DNA from: Nageia nagi
Taxonomy: Eukaryota; Plantae; Pinophyta
NCBI GenBank assembly: GCA_050084985.1
Contig: JBITNC010000001.1
Span: 150,660,001-150,724,000, forward strand
Reading direction: 5' to 3'
Length of the DNA: 64,000 nt
The first letter of the stretch is position 1, and the number at the start of each line of letters is the position of its first letter. Positions 1 through 11,800 of this stretch are shown here, piece by piece. A model generated the notes under the pieces. It saw nothing but the letters and a program-made list of their open reading frames with translations, was not told where the DNA came from and ran no database searches. The position numbers and the translations under genes are program-made.

Positions 1-1090
1 AAATTTTGTAGACCTAAACCTTCTTGAAATGCCCTTTTCTTTGCTCACAAACCTTCAAACTTGAGTTTTGGACAAAATTTACCTTTTTTCCTCATGCTAG
101 GCACCAAAATTCATCCTATTGGATTTCCATAGCCTTGCAAATCTGCGCCTAGGAATTTGGGCCATTTTCCTTGCTTAAAAGTGATAAATTGCAAGTTTAA
201 ATGTGCTAAAAATGATGTTTTTCACCCAATGGACACCTTGGAATCAATTTTTAATGAGTTTTGCACTTATCCCTCAAACTTAGGTGCCATTTTTCACCTC
301 TATGGATTTCGAAAAATATGGAAAACTGCGACTAGCATCTTGGTGCCCAAAACTTGCTCAATTTCAAAATTTTCAAAACCTAAATGTGCTAGAAATCACA
401 TTTTACACCCAATGGACACCTTAAACTTGAGTTTTGACCAAAATTTATCAAATTTTTTGATTCTAGGCACTATTTTTCATCCCATTGGATTTCCATAGCT
501 CTCAAAACCTGCACCTAGCCTTTAGAGTGCTCAAATGTGCTCAAATCGAAAATTTTGAGACCTAAATGTGCTGACAATCATGTTTTCCTTGGTCCCAAGC
601 ACTTAAACTTAAACTTGATTTTTGGTCAAAAAACATTCCATCTTGTCATCCTAGGTGTCATTTTTCATTCCATTGGAATTGGAAAACTCTAGAAACTTGC
701 GCCTAGCATTTTGGGGGTCTTTACTTGCTCAAAATCAAAAATTTTGAGACCTAGTGTGTCTCAGAATCACCTCTTCCATCCATCTATGCATTTACATTTG
801 AAAACTAATGCATTTCCACTTTTCTTCCACAACCTAGGCGCCAAAAATCATCTCTATGGTTTTCCCATAGGCTTGAAAAACTGTGCCTAGCCTTTGAGTA
901 CCTTAGACTTGGTCAAAATCGAAAATTTCGAGCCCTAATTGTGATAGAATTCACCTTATCTCTCCGAATATGCTCTTAGGCTTGAATTCCAATAACATGT
1001 GCATTTATCTAGTGAGAAATGTGCACCATTTTCCCCCGCTTGGGTTTTCAATACCTTGGGAAAATGTGCCTTAAGCTAAGGGTACTCAAT
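1..1090. repeat. Degenerate ~183-bp tandem array inside the LTR
   Basis: The motif aggtgccaaaattcatcccattggatttcc...aaaactgcgcctag recurs near 100, 283, 465, 653, 836 and 1020. Confidence 0.8.
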
Positions 1091-1898
1091 CTTGCACTTT
1101 CGATCCATCTCGGACTCAATCTGTGCATTTTTGGCCATTCCCAATGTTTCTGAGCTCAAACTTGACCAAAACACCCTTTCCGGCACGTTCGAGCTCAAAC
1201 TCTGCATTTTCGATGATTTCTAAGCTCAAATGATGCAAAAACGACCATTTCTGCCTTTTCGGGCTCAAAGTTGTCATTTTCCATCATTTCCAGGTTCAAA
1301 GTATTCAATTCTGCCCATTTCCGGGCATTTCTGGTCATTCTAGGCTCAACTCGTCACTTTTGGTCATTTTCGAGCTTTTCGGAATCAAATCGTGCAAAAA
1401 TGCACATTTTCACCATACTAACCATTTCCAAGCTCAAAAGTGACCAAAATGCACTTTTCTACCTTACTTTCCCTTTTCCAACTCGCCAGGATCAACTTTT
1501 GCAAAAATGTCATTTTTTGCCATCCATGTCATTTTCAAGGCACCCGGACTTAAACTCTACAAAAATGCTCATTTTCGTCATATTTGGCATTTATGAACTT
1601 ACCACTCTGAAAGATGACCCCATCTCTACTGACTGCACTCTAGATCCAAAAATCCATGCTCTGATGCTCTCTCAGATCCTGCTTCCTTGGCTCCAAAACT
1701 GGTGACTAGATACTTTGATACTCTTCGGGGTCTTCATTGCGAAATCTCCTTGAAGTACTCCCTGATATCATGTTTGCACTCTTCAGAGTGAACTATCCGT
1801 CGCCCAAAAGCCAATCTCAAGGCAATGCACCTCATTGCCTTTGCAAAAATAGGGTCCCGAAAATACTGCATCCTGAGGTGTGTTGCGCGGGCAAAACA
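1..1898 (+). mobile_element. 3' part of a long LTR with an internal ~183-bp tandem array (copy 1, in the upstream murC intron)
   Basis: Colinear with ~24690-26245 and with the reverse complement of 9866-10560; ends ...gtgttgcgcgggcaaaaCA at 1898. Confidence 0.8.
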
Positions 1899-2599
1899 GT
1901 ATGTCTCCATGCAAAAGATATGTTCATTTGCAATTTTCAGGCCTTTTTTAAGGTACAAAATTTGCCAATTATAAGTACTTCTTTCTGTTAAACAATTCTA
2001 GACGATTTAAGCTTTCTGTTGGTATTTGAATGGAGTGAATTGGAGCTACTGTTACAAAGTTATGTCTCGAATTACCCTTCCCGAAATTGTCATGTACATG
2101 GTTAAGCTTGGGTTGGGTTAGGTTGGAGCCTCCTAGAGCAGAACATGGGTAAGGCCTAGGCTAATATTCTTCTTACCAAGTTTAACAATTTGAATTCAAT
2201 TGTATATGTGTGTAGTTAATTGGCAGTATTGACAAAGCAATTGGACCAATTCTTGTGCATTATTATATTCTATTCTACTATGGATATTAGCTTCTCAAAA
2301 ATGGAAACGATATAGTTTTGTCTGGACATCAAGTTGGTTTTTTTTAGATACCAAGTTGTCTTGTTTGCCCTTACGGCTAGTGCCTTCATGTATTGAACTT
2401 CCTGTCATGTCTTACAATATGATCACTTGTTTTAAGTGGATGTCGAGTTTTACATGGCTTGTAAGAAAAACATCACATAATGAAACAACAGTACCAAATG
2501 GCTTGTAAGAAATCTTTCAAATACCAGTTTTTGATACTTAGGCTACCATATTTTATGTTGCACCTGATGACTTATCATTGTGGATTCTAAATTTTTCAG

Positions 2600-2877
2600 G
2601 TTATTGCTTCACTTGCCACGCTTTTTGAGGGACAAAATATATTTTCTCATGTTAGGAATGAAATGAGACCAAAACAAGTAGTTATGGCTGTAAGCAAATA
2701 TTTAGGAGACTTTATTGGCATTGGAAGGCGCTTTGAATTTGTTGGTAGGATTCATCAGTGTGATGTATATGATGACTATGCTCACCATCCTACTGAAGTC
2801 CGTGCAGTTCTCCAGGCTGCTCGACAGATATTTTCTGAACGAGTGCTCTGGGTTGTCTTTCAACCTCACACTTACAG
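2600..2877 (+). CDS. murC: murC exon (RRFE, DDYAHHPTE, FQPHTY motifs)
   Basis: Acceptor tttttcag at 2592-2599; donor GT at 2878 (phase 2); overlaps ORF 2663..2890. Confidence 0.95.
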
Positions 2878-5800
2878 GTTTGTCCATTAATAAGTTGGAT
2901 TATAGAAATTGAAGCTTCTCTATAACAGTTAAAAGAAATACCTTTAAAATACAAAGAGTTAAGTAAATAATTATTTGATATTTTGGAAAATGTTTTTCAT
3001 TTTATTGTACTTTGATTTTATACATGGACTGCCTGTCGCAGCCGTCTAGCAGGATTGTTGCAAGATTTTGCTCATGCTTTCCATGGTGCAGACCATGTAA
3101 TCGTCACAAAGGTTTGACATGTACATTTGCAATCTGTATATGTTGAAAAAACTATTCAAATTGGAGGCTATATCATGATGGTAAATATTTGTGGCAGGTT
3201 TATGCTGCACGGGAGAAAAATATCTGGAATGTTAGTGGAAAAGATCTTATATCTTCTATCAGTGAGCCGTCGGCAGAATATATTCCTGAATTGGTACCCA
3301 AAAGCACTCTCATACTTTTGTTGGAATTACTCAAATTTTTTTACTTTGGAAAATGCACACAACATGATGCTTGGAAGGTGGAAAAGGAGAGGGCATGATA
3401 ATAGCAAGCTTAGCATGCTTTAGGTTACCATTGCTTGCATAAACATTCTTAGAAGGGTATTTTTTAGGACACAGTTTCAAGAAATAAACTCATAACGATT
3501 AGTTCCAATTTCTTATTGCTAATCTATTTAATATTACATAATTCCAAGGTTTGTTACAATTTTTTCTTATTTGAAATTAATGTCAGGGTCGACAGTCAAA
3601 TTGACAATTATCATCTTTACATTGGGTAGGGAACACACCATGTACTGAGAAATAATCCTTTTAGTATTTTTTTTTAACTTAAATCTGTTTTCAAGTCGAT
3701 GTCGAGGTCCCCTTGAATGCAACCAGAGAAATAATATGGATACAATGGATAATTTTAAATGATATCTTTCAATCTTTGGGATATTCAATGCCTAAAATTG
3801 GATTTTTTTCATTTGAATTTTGAAAGTTCAATGTAAGATAAAACATTTTGTTCCTTTACCCCGATACAATATATTTACGTATAAAAAAATCTTTAAATAA
3901 TTTATTGTTTTTTCCTAACTTGCATATTTCTTATTTATTCTCCTTTTTTTAGATATTTACTTATTTTTCCTGGCTCTTTAATTAAGAATAGGTAGCTTAG
4001 CCTGTAAAGCATTCGATTAAGAGTGAGAGGTCTAGGGTTCGGGATCAAGTCTTGGCAATCCATTTGCGGCTAGTTAAATCATAGGTATAAAACTCACTGC
4101 AAGTCAGGGTAACTCAGGTGAATGTAAGTTCGAGCTGGCCCTATTGAGTCACTCAGGCCTTGAATCATGAATTTTTCTTACTCAATCAAGTCTTGTTTGA
4201 GACTCGCAAGTTTGTGTCGAATAATTATTTATGTTGTCTTTTGATATTGTTTCAAACAAATAATCTCAATTTAAAATTTTACACATGAAGTATTGATTCG
4301 CTTTTTTCTTAGTTTTTTCAAGATTTATAGTGGGAGGACTTTGGTGCATATACACCCAACCTATAGTGCCTTGCCATCAAAGTTTTATGTCAACCATGTA
4401 ATGCTTTAGATTGTGAACGCAAGTGGAATGTTTTTGAGCACATACACTTGAAGAAGAGGAGTAGGCTCACACAAGAGAAATTGAATGATCTTATGTTTGT
4501 TCATTACAACCTTCACCTCCACCATAAACAAATTGCAATGTTAGATCACAAGGCCATTGACCTAGATGAGATTGATCCATCATCTAAATGGATTACAAAG
4601 CATGTGTAGGATCAACAACAACAAGAGCTTTGCTTCGCCATGTGTAGGATCAACAACAACAAGGGCCTTGCTTCGCCATGGAAGGATTTGAAAACATAGA
4701 GGAGTAGTTAGCAACGAAGGCACATGCACAAGAAGAGGCATAGGCATCCACAAAGACACAAAGGGAGTTAGAGCTTATTCTAGGTCAAAGGGAAAAGGAG
4801 TTGCCAAATTTTGAGGCATTGTATTTTTCATTAGTGATGACACATTTTTTAATTTGTACATTGTTTATATTATAAGCAATACAAGAATATGCCCCTTCCT
4901 CTTCCTCTTCTTGACATTCATGAGTACACTATTAATTTTTTATTTGTAAAATGTTGAATGTTAAGTAATTGTGATACAAGATATTGATATGCATGATAAC
5001 TTCTTTTAATAAAAAGTTGCTTCTTTTTTCATTTTTATGTCAAGTTTTTGCCATTTCTTGTTGAGTTTTTTGCTGAGTCCCAAGTTTAATGCCTAAGTGG
5101 GCTTTGTTGAGTCTAAGACAAGTACGGGTTTTTTAACTGTAGTTTATTTCATACCACCAATTGGTTTGAAGCTTAGAATTTATCAAAGTGTCCACCCAAA
5201 TAAATTGTTGTTCTTAAAGACCTTGCTAGTTTTAGATTATCATTTGTCCATTGGCTAGACAAAATTCTATATAGTAGATTCTAAAAACTCTCCCCGCCCA
5301 TATACTTGTCTTGAATGATTCTCTTGTAAGGATTGGTACCTCAAGGTTTTTGTAATGTACTTTTCTAGGGTTTATCCAATTTCTCACTTAATTCCGCATT
5401 CATTCACAAATCAGGGCATCAAAGTATATGCTCATTAACCATCCAAATATGTTTGCAAAACTGGAATATAACAGCAGTAGCCAAATCTGATATAAAGCTC
5501 TTATAACATGCGAATTTGACCAAAACTAGGGCACAAATTAGATCTATAACATAACAGAAATATAGCTCCAAAATACTGTAATTTGCATACATTCCCATAC
5601 ATAATGAAGATAGTAGCAAAGCAGAAATATATAGTAACATTCATTCACATTCGAGACACAATATGAGAGCCAATATCATCAATAATCAACCAAGAATAAG
5701 TGTAGGGCTGTAACAAGTTCTAGGGCAAAGCCCAAGACTCCCAAAATGCTCAAACTAGACTCCACAAGCCTAGGGCAAGTCCCAAGGAGGCTCCCAAGCT

Positions 5801-8800
5801 TGGCGTAAGTCTCAAGATGACTCCCAATGGCTGGCGCAAGCTCCCAAATGGCAAGAATGATAGGGGCAAGCTCTCCAAGAGATGTAGAAGTGTAGATGAG
5901 CCATTTCTAGGCTAGGGAGTAGCTCTAAGCCCTAGAAGGTAGAGAAGGGAAGCATCCCTAAGCTCTGAATGATCGAAGATCAAATGCACAAGATGATATC
6001 TTCAAGTGGCCAAATGACTTGCCTTTATAGCATTCCAAACTTGTCAATATCCACAATTGTTGCCATATTTCTTCCGTATCATCCCAAGAAGTAGTAGAAG
6101 TACTCGATGAGATTGAAATGTCATTAGGATTTGAATGAGCCACCTGTATTGGTGCAACTTGATAACTCCTTTGGTCCCATGTGTTGAACTGAGATTAACA
6201 CGTTGGTTGCGTTGGGCATGGTTGATGATTGTAATTCATATCTTGAACCTATGGTCGTTGTATAACTAGATTCAAATAAACATTACAATTAAACCAGGGT
6301 TGTATGTATCCGGGTGAGACATTTTGTTGTCCTTGAAAGTTCTCTGGCATACCTCTTTGCCACCATGGTGTTGTGGCCATGATCATGCAATTCAATGGCT
6401 AAAGAAACCATCAAAGAATGTATTTTCAGGACTTAGAATATGTGCTTGGAGTGTCCTGACAAGAAAGGCTTGGATCCTTTGCTTGATGCACTCATTGGCT
6501 TAATGGATTGAACTCAGGAAAAAAAGTAAAAGAGAAACAACTCTCATTGGATATCAAGACAGTTAGGCCCTCCTTCTAGCGCCAATTTAATGTTGGCATG
6601 TTTTTCTTTCCTACCTTGCATACAGGCAGGTAAGTGGCAAGGTTAAGAAGAAATCCAACACCTCAGGTGAGAAGGCGTTACTCTCCTCCACTATGAGGAT
6701 TGGTTACCTCAAAGGTATTTCTATCTTGGGTGGTTAGGAACACAATTTAGAGAGTGGTTGAGATGTTTGAAGTTGTCACCATATGAAATAAAATTTATTT
6801 GTCTAAGGGCTCAGATTGTCTTGTACCTTGGCAAGGGATGCTTCTCACTTACGACTACAATGTGGTTGCAAAAGTTGCTAAAAGAAAATAAAACAAAAGA
6901 TAAACAAAAAGAAGATTAGAGATGGCTAGAGGCATATGAGTTCAACCCTCTTACATTAAGCTCCACCGATGAGTACAGTACGTGAACGCCAAGTTCCTTC
7001 AAATTTGTTATGAGTTCCATGCATCCAGCTATCCTCTCACACTAGCCCACAACATGAATGGTCTAGAGGAAGGAGCAAGCTTCTAAGGAAGTAATGATGT
7101 TGGTTATGGCATGGATGGCACCTTCAACCTGTGGATGAAGTTCTCATGCTAAACGTCATAGGGGAACACACTTCAAAATTATACAAGTATAGTTGCATAC
7201 CATGAGCAATCACTAATTATGTATCACTAACACTTAAAAAGAATAATCAACCATTCTTTTACCCACCTCCCAAGAGGTTTGCAAAATGTTCCAAGTGTTT
7301 AAATAAAACACACCAATGATAGGATCACATGCCAAAGCTCACAGTCAAATAGAAATGGAGTTGTGCCATTTAATTTAAAAGATCATGCCACATTTACAAT
7401 AGACAAGTACTTGGTCAAAAGAATTTCTCTACTCCTCTATTTGCAAATGTTCATCTTCCAAAATCCAAAATTCCACCCCCCTACAAATAAGCCCTCTAGG
7501 GCTACTTATAGTTTTTGCAAAAAAAACTCTATCCCTAATGCAAATTCCAATAAAATTTAACTAGAATAACCCTAATTAACGATGGTCCAATAAAAACATG
7601 CCACATGGCGATACAAGATCACATCTAGCACTTGTGGGAGCAAATTCTCATCCGTCACAAGGCTTTAACAAAAATTTATAAAATTTGGAATCCAAAATTA
7701 CTAAATTATGCCTAAAATAAAATTAAAAATATTGCACCCAAGATGCAATGCTTCCCATTAACAGGTGCCCATGGGTTCATCTGCTTCTTCCTCTTCTGTA
7801 ACACTTGATTTGAAACCTTCACTAATGGCTTGTTGAGGAGGTTCTTGTTCTTGAACTTGAACTTGCACCTTGGCATAGGTGTTAGGATGGTCATGAAGTT
7901 TGTCTCTTGTGGCTCTTGCACTACGGAGGAGGAATGTGAGCCCATCACATGCGTTAAGAGGATCACCCTCCTTGTCTTGCCTTGAATTTGCACCTAAGAA
8001 GAGGAAGTCTAAGCCTTGCGTAGGGTTTGAGGAAGACAAGACGGGTGTCTCAGGATGGGTTTATGCCAAAAAGAGTGAGGACAAGCCTAGCGCAATCCTT
8101 CTCGGAGTCAACAATCTTGTCTTGATCTAGACTTGCTCCAAAGAGAGACAATTAGACCTAACACACATCTCTGAGAGGTCAAAACTCTTGTCTTGTTCTG
8201 GACTTGCACCAAGAATGGATATGCCTTTAACCTATGATTTTTCTTTCTTTCAGGGACTTAATAGATGAGGAAGACCATGAAGGTTGGTGTAGGTCTTAAA
8301 GGAGTCAAAGGGCTTGTCTTGGCATGGACTTGCACTTAGGAAGAAAAGGAAAGCTTGGCAAAAGTGTGAGGGGAGTCATGATGTTTGTCTCGATACCCAC
8401 TTGCACCCAGGAAGGATGAGTTTCCTTTGTGCAAACCTTGAAGAGGTCAACATGGGTGTCTAGAGTTACCCTTGCACTTGAATAAGGAAGTAATGGCCTA
8501 ACACAAGTCCAAAAGGAGTCAACATGTTTGTCATGGCTTACACTTGCGCTGGAGAAGTGTCTCTGAGCTTGGTGCAAGTCTCCAATGAGTCATGAAGCTT
8601 GTCGCCACCCAGACTTGCGCCTAGGGAGAGGATATTCCAAACTTAACCAAAATTTTCCTTGTAGTTTGAAATTTTCTTTTGGAGCTCTTACAAGGTTGGC
8701 ACGACTCCCAAGAGAGACATGAGGGTTGTCTTGGGCTGCACTTGCGCCAAGGAGGTATGCATGATCTAGGCACGCATCTTGGAGGAGACAAGATGCTTGT

Positions 8801-11800
8801 ATCATGTCAAACTTGCGCTAGTTGGAATGTTGGCACAAGTCTTGGAGTAGTCAAAGTGGATGTCCTAGTTTGCATTTGCGCCAAAATGGGAAAAGACAAG
8901 CCCAATGCAAGTCTCCCTGGGGTTAAGGAGTTTGTCTCCCTCCAAGCATGTGCCAAGGCAAAAGGTGTTCCATACTTAGTCAAACTTATCATTTGATGCT
9001 CAAAATTGTCTCCTTGAAACCTTGGCTGTTGGTGCAGGTCTGGGTAGGCACAAGAAGGTTGTTCAATTTTGTTCATTTTTCGACCAATCCTATTCTCCAA
9101 CACTTCCTAATCGCAACATATCGTCAGTTCGACCACTCCACTTGGGCAATCTCCTATTGTCAAAAATTAATGGGTCCCCAAATTTGCTAAAATTTAGGGC
9201 ATGTTGTGCTAGCCACAAGAAGTTCATGAACAACAACAAGAGAAAACTTCATTAAAGGCATCTGAAAGAGTTTCAGTTATGGGTAGCAACTTGGGAAGAT
9301 ATGTCAAGGGTGTAGGCTTCCTAAGAAAACATTTACCAAGCATAAGGGAAGATGTTGAACACCAATCAATAGATTTCGTAAATTCTTGCAAAGAAGACAT
9401 TCAGAATGTATCATGTGAACCTATAGCATGGATGAGTGTTGATGACACTAATCAAGATGAAAAACTTCACATGAAACCTTCAATTTTTGTTGACTCAGGT
9501 ATGAGATTATTTTTGATGAATAGATGTAATGCTACTGATGAATTTGTTTTTTTTTTTTGCATAAAACAACCTTTAGACATGATGGGGAACCAAGCAAGGA
9601 GATTAGCCAAGAAATTGTCAAGTACTTACTCACTAGCAAATTCAAGCAAGGAGATTAGCCTTGTTCTCTGCTTAAGCACTTCAGGCCTGTGTATTTTCAG
9701 TTATCATTCTTCACAATTCTGAGGTATTTAGATGTCAGGGCCAACTTGGGAACAATACACAAGGATTGGCTCTTGGAAGGCATGCATTGTCAAGAATATT
9801 TCTTGTCTCTATTTCTTTGAATAGTCGTTTTAGTGATTGCATCCTTTTGGCACCAACAAGGGACTTGTTGTGCCCGCACAACACACTCCAAGATGCAGCA
9901 TTTTGGGGACCCTATTTTTGCAAAGGCAACGAGGTGCATTGCCTTGAGATTGGCTTTTGGCGACGGATGGTTCATTCAAAAGAGTGCAAACATGATATCA
10001 TGGAGAGATTCAAGGAGATCATACGACGAAGACCCTAAAGAGTATTAAAGTATCCAGCTGCCAGTTTTGTGGCCAAGGAGCCAAGATCTGAGAGCTATTG
10101 ATAGAGCACAAATTTTTGGCTCTAGAAGTGAGATCAATAGAGATGGGCCCATTTTGGTCAATTTTGAGTCCAAAAAAGGCGAGTTTGACTAGAAAGTGCA
10201 TTTTTGTCAATTTTGAGCTCAAAAAGTTGGAAAATGGTCAGTATCATGGAAAAGTGCATTTTGGTCAAATTTGAGCCCGGAAGTGGTTAGTATGGTAAAA
10301 ATGTGCATTTTTGCACGGTTTGAGCTCAGAAAGCTTGGAAATGACCAAAAGTGCAAAGTTTTGCTTGTAATAACCAGAAATGATTGTTTTTGCCCGAAAA
10401 TGCTGGAAATACACACTTTGAGCTTGGAAAAGATCGAAAATGCAGAGTTTAAGTGCGGAAGTGCTAGAAAGTGCGTTTTGTTCGAGTTCAAGCTCAGAAC
10501 AGATGGAAATGACCAGGATGACAGGGAACTGATCATGGGTTTTCTGAAACAACTGATACTACTGAAGGTGGTGCACAAAGGCTATTCACGGGATGCTGTG
10601 AGACAGTTCGATGTGCTAGACTATCTATTTTGAAGATTTTAGAACTCCCAACTCCAGGGGATGGTGTTCCTAAGCAGTGAGGACAAAGTTTGATGACAAA
10701 GGGAGATGAAGAATATAATTTCAGACATAGTTGGGCTTGGAACTTTTCAGTTCCGACCGAAGCAGTTCCCTAGGGAATGAAATCAAGAGATAAGAGTTTT
10801 GACTTCCAAGAAGTGTGGAGTTGATTTTGAGCCTAGAAAATGAGTTTTTTCAAGTAAGTCGTAATGAAAATATGAGAGAAAGGTATGATGCCAAATGACA
10901 AATCAAGGCAACTTTGCTCTTGGAAATTTCGAAAAAACTCAAGTTTTGACCTCCGAAATTCTAGGGGGGAGTTTACCAACTTTTGGCTCCTTTTCATATT
11001 TCTCGAAAATGGCCTATCTTCTTCAAAACCTGCACCTACGTTTTGGGAGGCCCAAATTGATTCAAAAGTAAATTTTTTGAGCTTGGGAGCATGGAGATTG
11101 CAATTCTACATCAAATTGGTTTTTCAAGTTTGCAATTTTGACAAGATTTGCCCCTCAAAAGTGGAAAAAAACTGGAAAATGAGCAAAGAGGAGAAAAGGA
11201 CAGCCAATAGAAATGCTTCAAATTTTTCACAAACTCCAAAATTGTCAAAATGAAAATCTAAGATAAAGGGTGTGATGACAAATCCAATTTTAGGCACCTT
11301 TGCTCTTGGAAGTTTTGGAAAAACACAACAAATGCCACTCAAAAAGCTAGGCACAGTTTTGGCCTGTTTTCCCTCACTTCTCCAAAATTCGAAAATGGGC
11401 TATTTACTCCAAAACCAGTGTCTACCCTTCTTGCTCCCCAAATTTGCTAAAAATTGAAAATTTTGACCTTCATGAGGTGTAGGATGGGATTTCACACAAG
11501 TTTGATGATTTGAGTTTTCCAAAAAAATGAGATTTAGTCCTTCAAAATCATCAAAAATTGATCAGCCAATGAGAGCTCCAAAATTTTCTAAATTTTCCAA
11601 AGTTGGCCAAATCAAAAAAGAAGAAAGAGGTAGGGTGGCAAATCCAAAGATGAAAAACTTTGCTCTTGGAATTATTAAAAAAGCACAAGATTTGCCCTCC
11701 AAAAAGTTAGGGGGGATTTACCAAGTTTTTGAACTTTTCAAAACTTTCCCAAACATGCCCAAAACCTTGAAAACCTGCGCCAAGCTTGGGAACACTCAAA

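Noticed and set aside
1-1090. Periodic motifs as a CRISPR-like array
   Set aside because: Whole ~183-bp units are homologous, with no unique spacers and no cas genes, in a eukaryotic context.
157-1991. ORFs 157..498, 1271..1705, 1734..1958 and 1737..1991 (and similar ORFs at 10219-11985 and 25462-26348)
   Set aside because: They lie in LTR or tandem-repeat sequence, have no domain motifs, and their frames are not conserved between copies.
2600-3293. murC as bacterial contamination or a recent horizontal transfer
   Set aside because: The gene is split by spliceosomal GT-AG introns filled with plant transposons, and there are no operon neighbours.
3127-3423. ORF 3127..3423 and read-through of ORF 3189..3398
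   Set aside because: The first is an alternative frame over a murC exon. In the second, MurC similarity stops at the donor site at 3294.
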